Positions 13,560 through 25,060 of a DNA stretch of 64,000 nt are shown piece after piece. The notes under the pieces were generated by a model. That model saw only the letters and a program-made list of their open reading frames with translations. It was not told the origin of the DNA and searched no databases. Position 1 is the stretch's first letter. Each line of letters begins with the position of its first letter. Source of the DNA: Acanthaster planci (Eukaryota); assembly GCF_001949145.1 (NCBI RefSeq), contig NW_019091360.1:2105599-2169598 (forward strand). Reading direction: 5' to 3'. The translations under genes were made by a program, and so were the position numbers.

Positions 13560-16150
13560 TTTCACAAGAAGTCGTTAAACTCAGCAGGGAACGCAGTAAC
13601 ATCAAGCAAGCCAAAATAAATGACCCAACCCTCAAGCTGAGATACCACTTTATGAACGGAGAGACTAAAATTAAGACCAAGGGTTGAAAAGACAAAGGCT
13701 AAAAGACCTTTGCAGCAAAGCAAGTCAAAAAGAGTCTTTACACCAGTCAAAAAGATCACAAAGTCAACAACTAGAATGCAATCAGTAGAGACCAATGGTT
13801 CAGGGNNNNNNNNNNNNNNNNNNNNNNNNNNNNNNNNNNNNNNNNNNNNNNNNNNNNNNNNNNNNNNNNNNNNNNNNNNNNNNNNNNNNNNNNNNNNNNN
13901 NNNNNNNNNNNNNNNNNNNNNNNNNNNNNNNNNNNNNNNNNNNNNNNNNNNNNNNNNNNNNNNNNNNNNNNNNNNNNNNNNNNNNNNNNNNNNNNNNNNN
14001 NNNNNNNNNNNNNNNNNNNNNNNNNNNNNNNNNNNNNNNNNNNNNNNNNNNNNNNNNNNNNNNNNNNNNNNNNNNNNNNNNNNNNNNNNNNNNNNNNNNN
14101 NNNNNNNNNNNNNNNNNNNNNNNNNNNNNNNNNNNNNNNNNNNNNNNNNNNNNNNNNNNNNNNNNNNNNNNNNNNNNNNNNNNNNNNNNNNNNNNNNNNN
14201 NNNNNNNNNNNNNNNNNNNNNNNNNNNNNNNNNNNNNNNNNNNNNNNNNNNNNNNNNNNNNNNNNNNNNNNNNNNNNNNNNNNNNNNNNNNNNNNNNNNN
14301 NNNNNNNNNNNNNNNNNNNNNNNNNNNNNNNNNNNNNNNNNNNNNNNNNNNNNNNNNNNNNNNNNNNNNNNNNNNNNNNNNNNNNNNNNNNNNNNNNNNN
14401 NNNNNNNNNNNNNNNNNNNNNNNNNNNNNNNNNNNNNNNNNNNNNNNNNNNNNNNNNNNNNNNNNNNNNNNNNNNNNNNNNNNNNNNNNNNNNNNNNNNN
14501 NNNNNNNNNNNNNNNNNNNNNNNNNNNNNNNNNNNNNNNNNNNNNNNNNNNNNNNNNNNNNNNNNNNNNNNNNNNNNNNNNNNNNNNNNNNNNNNNNNNN
14601 NNNNNNNNNNNNNNNNNNNNNNNNNNNNNNNNNNNNNNNNNNNNNNNNNNNNNNNNNNNNNNNNNNNNNNNNNNNNNNNNNNNNNNNNNNNNNNNNNNNN
14701 NNNNNNNNNNNNNNNNNNNNNNNNNNNNNNNNNNNNNNNNNNNNNNNNNNNNNNNNNNNGGAAAGATAGAAAGAAAATTACAACGAACTATAAATGATCA
14801 AGATCTCCTAACTACAAGCAGTGGCACAAACTGTCCGATTTTCCAAACGACCCAGAGCCAATAATACTGACGGTCTAAATAGAAAGAGCCATTGAGAAAC
14901 TCGGTGAAGAAAAGGCGACCGATATAGATTCCATCAGATCAGAAGAAATTAAAGCAGTAGGCGAAGCATGCAGAAACAGACACATATCACCATCTCTGCA
15001 ATCAAATATGACGAACCGAATTGTTCCCCGAAGAGTTAAGCGATAATAATCCCAGTGTACGAAAAACATGAAGCCAGAGGCTGACTGCTTTCCCATGCTG
15101 GAAAAACAATTTCCATTATTCTACGAAGAATAATTGTCAAAAGAACTCAAGAAATTCTATCAGAATCCCGAAAGGGATACAGTCCAGGGAGGCTCCCACT
15201 GATCAGTTTTTATTTTAAGGCAGATACCCGAGATATACATATATTTCGAAAGAGGCGAGAGCCTCCATTATTTTTGGCAGAGGGGCCTGTGGAAGGCAAT
15301 GAATTCCTTGAATATGCAAGCAAACTGGAAACACTGGTGCAGGCGCTGTACGAGCAATCCCAGAGTGCGGTCAGAGTAAACGGAGAGCTTACAAAGTATT
15401 TCAAGACAACTGTTGGCATCAGATAGGGATGTGTAATCTCTTCAACTCTCCACAACTCTTCAACATTCTTCTGGAGTTAGTTATGCTCATGATTGTCGAT
15501 GATACCGAAATAAGAGTCACCATACAAGAAACACGAATAGACAACCTATGAGTCCCCACGGTGAGACAGCATCGTCCTAACAGCAGAAACCCAACAGGTA
15601 CTCTAATCAATGGTAGACAAAGTATACAAATCAAGTGTTGATTTGTGCCTCAAAATCGTCATCAGAAAAACGGACGTTCAACTCACAAACGAAAGTACCA
15701 TATCAACATGAAAATCAACAACAAATTAGAGCAGGAGAGCAATTTTGCATACACATAGGGATCCCATAAGATACTCAAACGAGCACAAATGACATCAAAA
15801 CAAGAGTTAGGAAAGCGGGGGTAGCTTTTAAAAAGCTGACCAACATTTGGACATCCAAAGTCATCAGCAACCACTCCAAGATGCAGCCATACCAAAGTTT
15901 GATTCTGTCGATACTCCTGTATGGTGCTGAGTCACGGACAGTCAAGAAAGTTGGTGTCGACAGGCTCCATGTTTTTGAGTTGTCTTGCCTTCGTGGCCTA
16001 ATGGGAATAAGCCGATTAGACAAGATTCTTAATACGCACTTCAGAGAACCACTGAACCTAAATGAGACGTATCAGCGAATCAATAAAAAAAATGAAGTAC
16101 TTCGGCCATGTCAAATATGGACAAGATGTCCAAAAATTGAACAATAAAGC
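13560..16150 (+). mobile_element. Degenerate non-LTR retrotransposon (RTE-like LINE reverse transcriptase relic) interrupted by the assembly gap
   Basis: Frameshifted, stop-riddled fragments resembling LINE ORF2: KRVFTPVKKITK, ER*KENYNEL, KATDIDSIRSEEIK, QALYEQSQSAVRVNGELTKYFKTTVGIR*GCVISS, SILLYGAESRT...RLHVFELSCLRGLMGISRLDKILN. Boundaries approximate; clade assignment tentative. Confidence 0.8.
13806..14759. other. Assembly gap (954 N)
   Basis: Run of N characters. Confidence 1.
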
Positions 16151-16198
16151 AATGTTAAAGGGACTGAGACAACGGGTCAGTTTGTTTTACACGGGGTG

Positions 16199-16450
16199 TG
16201 TTTGTTTAACACGGATCTGGATCTCGATCAGTGATCCTAACACTGGTTCGCAACATCCATTAGGCGGGTTTTGGTGTCCGTAACCCAACGACAGATCACT
16301 GATCGCGATCCAGATCTGTGTTAAACAAACAGGCCCACGGATCCGGATCTGGATCAGTGATCCCAAAGCTGATTCGCTCTATCCATTACGCAGGTTCTGC
16401 GGTGTCAGTGAACAAACAAGGGATCACCGATCGTGATCCAGATCCGAGTG
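16199..16450. repeat. Two adjacent related palindromic (hairpin) units rich in GATC, MITE-like
   Basis: Arm 16199-16236 (tgtttgtttaacacggatctggatctcgatcagtgatc) is nearly the reverse complement of 16294-16331. A second unit pairs 16336-16365 with 16420-16450. Confidence 0.8.
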
Positions 16451-16547
16451 AAACAAACAAACAAACAAACAAACAAACAAACAAACAAACACCCCAACAA
16501 CCCAACAACCCAACAAACACCAAAACAAGACAACAAACAAACAAACC
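16451..16547. repeat. (CAAA)n microsatellite with degenerate CAAC/CCAA tail
   Basis: aaacaaacaaac... directly visible. Confidence 0.9.
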
Positions 16548-17110
16548 CCTGTAGAGGCTGTCCAGGAAAGCATGGAGAAATAAGAACTCATGGAGGATTC
16601 CTCCACGACCAAAGTGATGGTTTGACAAGACTGCAAATCGAAATCAGTCATAAGAACAGCTGATACAGCAAGGCTAGCTAAGGCAAGGAACGTCTGATAC
16701 AATATCATCATTCTGCAGAAGCCATCACGGGGTCTTCTACCTACATGGACAGCATCAGTGAATGAATTTAAGGGATCCTGTGGGGGGGGCTGGTGTTTAT
16801 TACTCAACGAAATGACTTCCCATGGTCTTAAGGACTGCATGTGGATTTGGGTTTGAAAAGTGTCACTGTTTGAAAAGGCTGTTTCGTCGTAGCTGCTGCT
16901 TCTTGATTGACCCTGGGGTTACACGTACATGTACATGCGTTTCTGTCTAATTTTCTTTGTTCTGTGAGAAATATTGCCGTACGTGTGAGAATCTTCACAA
17001 CAGATAACTTCATTCTTCATTAGTCTAGTTTTCGAGTGTTTCATAATAAGCTGGCGGTACCGGTCATGGACGAGATCCTGGCCTCCATAGGTCTTTCCGA
17101 TGAAGTAATG

Positions 17111-17279
17111 AAAAATGCGACGCCGGTTAAAAAATGAGACGCCAGCTGAAAAATGCGACGCTGGTCGAAAAATGCGACGCCCGTTGAAAAAATGCGACGC
17201 AGGTCGAAAAATGCGGCCCCAGTTAAAAAAAAAATGCAACGCCCGTCAAAAAATGCGACGCCCGTCGAAAAATGCGACC
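17111..17279. repeat. Minisatellite, about 20 bp unit (aaaaatgcgacgcc-g-t-ga), about 8 copies
   Basis: Recurrent aaaaatgcgacg core at roughly 20 bp spacing. Confidence 0.85.
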
Positions 17280-18328
17280 AGATGGCACATATGGAACATC
17301 ATACGGATCTGCAGGTCTGGCTGCAGTGACAGCAAGTAAAGATCTGGGCGGGATTTAGTGCTACAGCTATGCTACAGTAAAGGACACGAGCAAACAGGTG
17401 TCTGAATATATGCTCGCCCATCTTACCTACATGTACATGTATTGTACATGTACATGTGCCCATCATCATACTTGCATGTATTGTACATGTAATTGACAGA
17501 GTTTACAAAGAGAAAAGCTGTAATTAATGATGCAATTATACTGGGATGTACACGTAGCTACAGAATCTTTTTTGGGGGTAAAAATCTTTAATTTTTATTA
17601 TTTTTAAAAAAATTTTAAATTTATTTTTATTTATTTTTATATTTTAAAATTTTATTAACTGATTCAATTTCATGTTTTCACAGTGAAAATTACACTCAAT
17701 TTCAATTCCTGGCGGGTGAAAATGGTGAGGACACTGAGTTTCTAGGATAATTGAGTTGCCTTGGACTTGTTTTTAGATAAAAAATGAAAAAATATACAAC
17801 TTCAAGTTTACCAAAATTAACAAAAGCTAGGGACTTCAAGGGACAGTACACATTTTGTAACTATCCAAAAATGTAACCAATAAAGTTCTTGTGCATACTG
17901 AATTATATTTTATTCTCAGCATAATATGAAGCATTCACGGAATAAAACTCCAAGTGATCGGATCGCGGTCACGGTGCGTACACGTATTGTACACTGTGCA
18001 CAGGCAGTACGTAATGTACATATACGTGTATTCTGGGTCATTTATGTCATTGGAGTTCAGTTGATTGAGGAGTACGCCTAATGAATAATTCGTGTTTTTG
18101 ATTCGCCCACTTACGGAAAAAAATCGCACCCGGGGCAGTGCGGCACTTCTAGCGCGCACTCCGTGCATTTTCGTTTTCACTACCTGATACCGGTATGGTG
18201 TTCCAAAGACAACACGACACGTCGCGTCGCCGTTGCAGACAAGTGGGCTTGTGAGGGCGCCCCGTATTTTGAGCTCTTCTCCATCTTTTGATTCCTCCAT
18301 GGTAAATACCGCAAATGTGTGGGGTTTG

Positions 18329-18541
18329 AATAGACCGTATTCGCGGCGTCCCCATTTTCAGTCGTATTCCTGAACGTACAGTATAAATTTGAAACCCGTA
18401 ATGGGATGGTACCAGGTGATTTTGGGGGTCGGGATGAAATCGTAAAATATAGTCTGGTTCTTTGAATTCAACGTTTTCAAATAAATACGCTACGTCGGGG
18501 AAAACGGACTGAAATTGGGGACGCCGCAAATGCGGTCTATT
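18329..18541. mobile_element. MITE-like element, about 213 bp, with about 40 bp terminal inverted repeats
   Basis: aatagaccgtattcgcggcgtccccattttcagtcg at the left end pairs with ggactgaaattggggacgccgcaaatgcggtctatt at the right end. Confidence 0.75.
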
Positions 18542-20488
18542 ATAAGCAGTGCATATTATAACGGGGGGGGGGGAATTACCTGAGAAACAATTGTAAAGCA
18601 ATTTCAGCCTAAGCCCCCTGGAAAAAATTATGCATTATCCCCCCCCCCCAAAAAAATTCTTCACAAGCCACTGACGCGGTGATAAAACACGGTTAAATAT
18701 TCTTGTTGGGACAGGGTCAACTGTACTTCAAGCTAATTACGTAGCTATTTGCGCCAGGAGCAATGAATTCTTTATAAATCAGCATCCTTTGGGTTATGGA
18801 TAGGAACCCGTCGGAAAAAAATCATAATTTTTCGAAAGAAATGTCATTGTACTTGATCATCAACACATACATAAGCCCAGTAGAATAAGTTTCCAAAACA
18901 CAAAGACATTGTATGATAACTTTTCAAAATGAAAAACATAGGCCTAGCCCTAAATGCTTTATTTTATAAAGGACACCAGTCGAGTCGTTTTTGCAGAAAA
19001 TGAATGTGATCAGTAAAAGATGGATTCGCAGACTGTACACTAAAAAAATGCCCGGCCCGCACATTTACGGTATATACCATGGACCATGAAGCTCGGATAA
19101 GATGAGGATCTCACAATATGGAGCCCCCTCATGATCCCACTTTGTGCACAAGTAAATGAGAAAAATGTGATGGGCGACGGCGACGCTGAAGTGACTTGTC
19201 GTCTTTGGAACACCATACGCTCTTAATGTCACCATCCAGTTAAAACCACTTGTAGGCCCTAATTTGATTAATTCAATTAGTTGTATACGGATGGATCAAA
19301 GTCATGTCAAACTTTTCTAAGCATTTTCTTCGCGCTGTATCGCCGCACCAAGTGTCAGTTCGTGACATAGAGCTACCAATAAAAATTTTATAGCTCTATG
19401 GTTCGTGAAAACAAAACTAGTGTATTTCGCGTCAGTTTCAAGGTGCGCGCGCTATCTGTTGTCACTTTGTTTCGTGTAACCGAAGTTGTCGATAACGCAG
19501 TTTTAACAAACTGACTCCACTGGTGTCAGTTCGTGGCGTCCGGGATGGTTTGAACGACTGTTTATACGAGAAATTTAACGTTGTTTTATTTACTAGAATA
19601 TCTCCACTCCAGAGAACAATTTCATCTGTTGCCAATGGGCCTCAGGGGGGGTGGACGCTCACCCTCTCTCTCGAAAAGTGGAGGGGGGTAAATAAAAGGG
19701 GAGAAATGAAATTAAAAAAAAAACATGAACCAAAGAAATAAAAATCACCAATTTGTTTGAAAACACCTGTACCTCAGAATAGACCCTCTTGCACTATTGC
19801 TAATTTTGTCAATTTTTTGTTGATGAATGCCTTGCTTCCACACACCCCCCCCCCTACTGGCGACGCCAACGAATAGTTCAGTCGTATAGGTACTATTATG
19901 ACCCTCGTTGTAGGACTGGCAAATGGAAAGGTAACTGATCTGAAAGTGCATTGAGGCCATAACGCCGATCGATGCATTACGCAATAACAAATTTAAAAAT
20001 GCAGTTTCTAGACGGCTCTTTTACATCTCGCAATCGTCAAATCTATTTGTGTGTTTCTTTTGCCAGGTTATTGGTGCTATTAAACTTAACAGTGAATATT
20101 AACGCCAGCCGGAATGGGAAACAAATTATTATTTGGGACTGAAACAGCTGTTTTAAGGTGGTTAAAGTGAGAAGATTTCTTCACAGGTCTTTCAATCATG
20201 ACATCGCATCTTGGATTATTAACTCAACAGTCCTCAATCCTCCAATTTCAGTATGATTTTCATGTGCAACTTTGGGGTTATGGTAAAATATCAGACGTGT
20301 TTGGAACGATGACAGTAAATCTTATACAGAGAAGACGTCAACCCGAGCCTTCCATTTCATACGGACAAGAGAAGACATACTGGTCGGTCGGAAAAACTTG
20401 TTAGATAACATTCAATATTAGGTAGTCCCTTTTCTGTGTGTGAATGAAACTGTTTCCATCTTTCTCAAAATACGAAGAGACAACTTAC

Positions 20489-20830
20489 GTCCCACGGTTC
20501 ATCTGCCTCGGGGCCGCAGTACATGAAACCCTGGTCCTCGGATGTCCCGGATATCTCCTTGGTGGAGCTACTGAGATAACACTGGCCACTCTCGGGCGAG
20601 TAGCTGACGGATTCGCATTGACGGTGGGCGAAGCACCTCTGCAGACACTGGCTCCTGGATGCCGTCTTGGGGAAGATCCTCAAGGCGTCGCCACTGGAGC
20701 GGATGCCCGTTTGGCACTGCACTTTGAACCCACGGTAGCCCCACGACGATTGTAGACTGTTGACCCGAGTAGCCCCTGGTGAGACGAGAACACACACGGC
20801 ACACAGAAGGCCGGCCGCGGTGCAGACCAT
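20489..20830 (-). CDS. First coding exon: signal peptide + PAN/apple domain; probable 5' exon of the EGF/SRCR gene
   Basis: ATG at 20830; hydrophobic N-terminus (MVCTAAGLLCAVCVLVSPGA); PAN signature S..QCLQRCFAHRQCESVSYSPESGQCYLS; strong donor GAC|GTAAGT after exactly 114 codons (phase 0). Confidence 0.82.
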
Positions 20831-22799
20831 GATTTCCCTATCAAGTTGTCTCGCTTTCCTTCACCGATTACACCGGCAACAAGTGAACGAGCTAAGTGAC
20901 AACTCCCGCAATAGTCCGTGGAAGTCAGCTGAATATTTCCTACGATAAGAACACAATCAAATCACCGACGCTGGTTTAGGAAATTAGGATGTCAACATGT
21001 AAACTCACGCAGCATGGGAGCAATAAAATAACCGTTTTGCTGCTTCAGGCCGGCTGTGAACTATATATTTCAAAGTTGAACTGCTCCAACGTATCCTCGC
21101 CCACCGCACTCCACTTTCTACAAGTCAATTCACTTAGGCCTATTCGCCGATTCCTTTCTGTCGAACCTTTTAGTTCGTAATAAAAGATACAAGGAACTTC
21201 CGTAGGCCTACGCGTAACCTGTTTGGTAAATTTTTCTTGATAGCGTTGCTGCTCGAGTATCCGTAAATTCAGGGAAAGACTCAATGCAGCAAACCGCGTC
21301 GGGTGAGTTTGAAAAATACATGTACGCATGATTAAAATATATATTATTCGCGCACCCTGTTACTGCCTGCATGATTTTGCCAGCATGATTAATATTGTGC
21401 CCGTCATCCTTCATTTTACAGTCACTCGGTTTGTGCGAAAAAAAATTCAGTACGTACCAAGTGACCCTATATGACCGCTTATTGTAGCCTCTCTGGGGGT
21501 ATTCGCGCGAGAATAATTGTTAAATTATTGACATTAATGGGAGTGGCCTCGGTAGAAGGGTAACTATGCTAAATTTTTCAGACCACTTCGAAGGGACCTA
21601 CCAATAGTTACGTTTGTTTATTTTTATCAACGTCTCAAACACAACTTGTTGGAATCATGGGTTGTCTTAGTTTTAGCGACATTTAGAGTATGCGTCGATC
21701 CTTTCGCGAAAAAATTACTGCAAAATTCTAGAAACAAATTCGAGGAAATATTAGATTGGTAAAAACCAACAAAATAATAGCGCACGAATTTTTGGACATG
21801 TTATTGCGCTCAGCTAAGGTAAACAAAATTTCTTTGTGATGCCCTTACCTTTAATAGCAAGGCACTCTGAATATTGATGGACCAATCTAACAAAATACCA
21901 TATATTGTGTATTCCGAGAGGTTCCGCTAACGATGGAAGATGACACGCTTCACTGAGAATACTGTAAGACCAGTATGCCTGGTACTCCATCATCGTACAA
22001 AGCAAAATAAGCTATGGGAATATGAGTCTATTTGCCCTCAATGCTAGTACATAATCAATCAAAATACATCAGAAGAAGGCCCACGATAACAGATGGATGA
22101 CAGTTGTGCGAAAGATTGAAGTGAGGGCGCCCTTTGGGAGAGCTGTCCTCATTTTAAACCTTAGTTTTTGTATTGTTTTCAATACGCAAAAATCATTTGC
22201 ATACCCATGGTTATATTGCTACCATTGTTCTTCCAACTGTTCTGTTTACCTTCCAGTATCTGAATCTGTGAGGGATTGGTTTTCATTATACTCGCCTTGT
22301 GATAAGAAGTTGATTTTTTTTTCTACATGTGACGGTGCTGATCCTCGACGCTGTATGTTCAGACACAAGAACAGTCGGCGGCGTGCGTGTGTACTCCAAG
22401 GTGGTTGAGCTATTCTCATCGATGCATTGTTGTGGGGCTTTGAACTCTATTCAATCCACAGTAATCAGGACGAGTCCACTGACTCACGGTAGGAGATCTC
22501 CTTATTTTTATTCATGTCTGGACACGTATGGGCCCCGAGCTGGACCAAGAGAGGGTGCAATGTTCCCAGCAACGCGGGCTCCTATGGTAAATACCCTGTG
22601 GTAACTTGACATCACTGGTTCACGAACGACTATGAACTTCAAGCGTTGCAGCAGTCACATCGATACTCTCCACCAACATGGCTCTGTTCAACCGGTGAGG
22701 GAGTGCTTCTGCTCAGGGCGGATAGGCCGCAAATGATTGCTCAGTGGAAAACAGTTCAGTTCATGCCATCTCTTATATTTCAGCCAGACGACCCGACCT

Positions 22800-24220
22800 T
22801 GGTAAGGGACTGCATCTGTACAAGTACCTTTTATCTTTGTCATCCACAAAGATGACCATGATTGTACTCATAACTCTGGTGGTAGGGTGTATAGAATCCA
22901 ACCCAGGGCCTTCTAGGCGGGGAAGAGAGTTCAAATGGCCTTGTGGGATAAGCAATCATGGGGGTATTGGGTGTCCTCCCACTTTTTGAGGTGGGGAATG
23001 GGGTATTGAATCATCCCCAAACACTTTTCTGTGATGAGCAAAAACATTAAAGCGGATTGTGCAGAATTTTCAGGACTTCCTAACGATAATATGTTTGCAA
23101 TATCATTAAAAAGGGAAGGCAATTTATAAAAGCCATAATTACCCCATTCTGATGTAAGGTTCTGCATGAATTTGATACACATTAAAGATGAACATCTTAT
23201 CATGAATATCACCCCTCCTCCTCTAATGTATATGGTGTCAACCCCCCCCCCCCCGTTTTCAAATTTCCATGGCCGGGCAAGTCATTCGCCCACCCCCACG
23301 CCATCCCCAGTTTCCAACACAGATTTACGCCACTTTAAGCAATCGTACCCTTGAACACTCTGACGGAGCTATTACGTGATAGATGTCAGCTGTGGGTCCT
23401 CAGTAAGTGCTCAGGCATCTCAGGTGCAAATTACAATTTGTGTCAAGCCTGAGGAGCTTTGCGAGGATTTTGTTCCGCCTGTGACATGTTAAAACTTTGA
23501 AGATTCCTTCCTCTGAGATCATACGCTCATCACACAGGATTCATTCGGGTCTTCGAGCAAAGAAGAAGTCCTTTGAAATAGCAGAGAACTAGTAGCAGGA
23601 AAAGCATCGTTTATACCCACTGAACATGAAGCCTTGCGAAAGGGAATAAATAATAAACGTATCACTGCAGATATCATTAATACTGCAGGAGTACTACGTG
23701 ACAAAGTACTTTCACCCGGCATCATTCATCGGCACCGAAGAGCCAGTTGTCTTGCCGAGAACCGGGTCTTGGGTGAATGATTCCGATTGAACTTGGGGAA
23801 TGTGATGGAAAAAAACTCAAAGAGACATTTGCCACTGCCGAATCTCTCCACACATGGGACGCACGAGTGTATTACGCACATATCATCATCATTTATTCTG
23901 CGTGTATCTGACGATGATGACGATGGTGTCGATATCGATGATCCCCATCAAATTTCCATCTTTCCATAGAACAGGTGTAGGGAAAGACGATGGTTGTGTC
24001 TTTATACCCTCGACTGAAAGGAAAGACTTGAAGGCTGACAAAGGTGAAATACCATGTTGTCAGTTGTTCCTGAAGTCATCAAACGCAAATGAACAAGTCC
24101 TCACTGGAGCTTTCTACCGACCTCCACTCCCACATGATAGCCCTCATGAAGCCGGAAATGAATTCAGTGTGAATTCGAGTATGAATTTACCCTTTGTTGT
24201 GCTTGGAGGAGCAGCGGCGT
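22800..24220 (+). mobile_element. Decayed CR1/L2-like non-LTR retrotransposon 5' part (2A-like motif, PHD finger, APE endonuclease), interrupted by an insertion
   Basis: GCIESNPGP at 22885-22911. PHD-like KWPCGI|SNRTLEHSDGAIT[C]DRCQLWVLSKCSGIS is restored by removing the 387 bp insertion (one frameshift remains at the bracketed Cys). APE-like EEPVVLPRTGSWVND (about 23735-23785), GKDDGCVFI, VLTGAFYRPP, PFVVLGG. Confidence 0.72.
22957..23335. mobile_element. Nested non-autonomous insertion, possibly hAT-type, with target-site duplication
   Basis: Direct repeat taagcaat(c) at 22949 and 23336. Removal rejoins the host PHD reading frame. Terminal inverted repeats are degenerate. Confidence 0.65.
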
Positions 24221-24559
24221 ATCAAGCACAATCACGAAAGGAACTACTCGTATTTGCAGAGGCCCTTTATGAAAATTCTACAACCTCCAAAGTCCAAGTC
24301 TGTGGAGACCAAACAGTGCTCCTTCAAATATGTTTCGCAAAAATCATTGACAGTTAAAGGCAAAGTACGGCCACAACGGCCCAATACTATTGTCTTCTGG
24401 TTCTAACAAGGAATAAGGGGCATCTTTACGTTCGAGCAAAGAAACCCGATACCCCTCAGAATGGGAGAGCTTTAAAATCTTCAAGATCATCATCAAACCC
24501 TCGTCGATGATCAACAGGCATGTCATGAGAAAGCCAGCTCACTGAGACCAGTACACGAT

Positions 24560-25060
24560 TTTGCTTGAAATCAAAACAGCTATGTCACCAGCACTGCGCA
24601 AGATGCTCCCTGCTGTCCGTAAAGATGCGAGCAATTTAGCAATGTTAGGCCTATTCAGTGCGGCGATGTGAAGCTTGGTTACATGGATAGAACATTGCAA
24701 CACCTAGCCAGCCGTATTAAGGAGCATGTTCCTTCCTCTATCCGTAGTATAACTTGTCAGCGTCGCGTAAACAACCGCCCCGTGCAAGTAAAGACTCACA
24801 ACAAACACCCTAACCAACGCACTTGCTCGATCACCCTAAATGTTAGAAACAATACAGCGAACCGCAGTTAACCAGCCAAAGCACGCAATTTCAGTCATTT
24901 ACGCATGCTCGAGGCTACACGTACTTTCAGTTCACTGGACCAGTTCTCTGCCGTCAGAAAGAATTCGTCTCCACACTCCACTGTCAATTAGCATCTAATG
25001 TCATTCTCGCGTGTATGCTCTGATGAGTGCAAGTCGATAAGTACCTTAGCATGCCTTTCT
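24560..25060 (+). mobile_element. Penelope-like element 3' relic (GIY-YIG endonuclease end)
   Basis: Fragments GYMDRTLQHLASRIKEHVPSSIR, ARNFSHLRMLEA and PVLCRQKEFV resemble the C-terminal GIY-YIG region of Penelope-like elements; frameshifted. Confidence 0.72.

Noticed and set aside
13710..14864. 384-aa and 324-aa ORFs
   Set aside because: Artefacts of translating the N gap; the flanks are LINE relic.
17111..17279. CRISPR-like appearance of the short repeated units
   Set aside because: Head-to-tail minisatellite without unique spacers, in a eukaryotic context with no cas genes.
16318..17339. ORFs such as VCLFVCLF… and MRRRLKNE…
   Set aside because: Translations of the microsatellite and minisatellite.
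17420..17500. tacatgta repeats here and throughout the window
   Set aside because: Ubiquitous simple-sequence motif with no locus-specific structure.
17935..18601. 121-aa and 150-aa minus-strand ORFs as possible extra exons or a transposase
   Set aside because: No domain motifs; they overlap a MITE-like inverted-repeat element.
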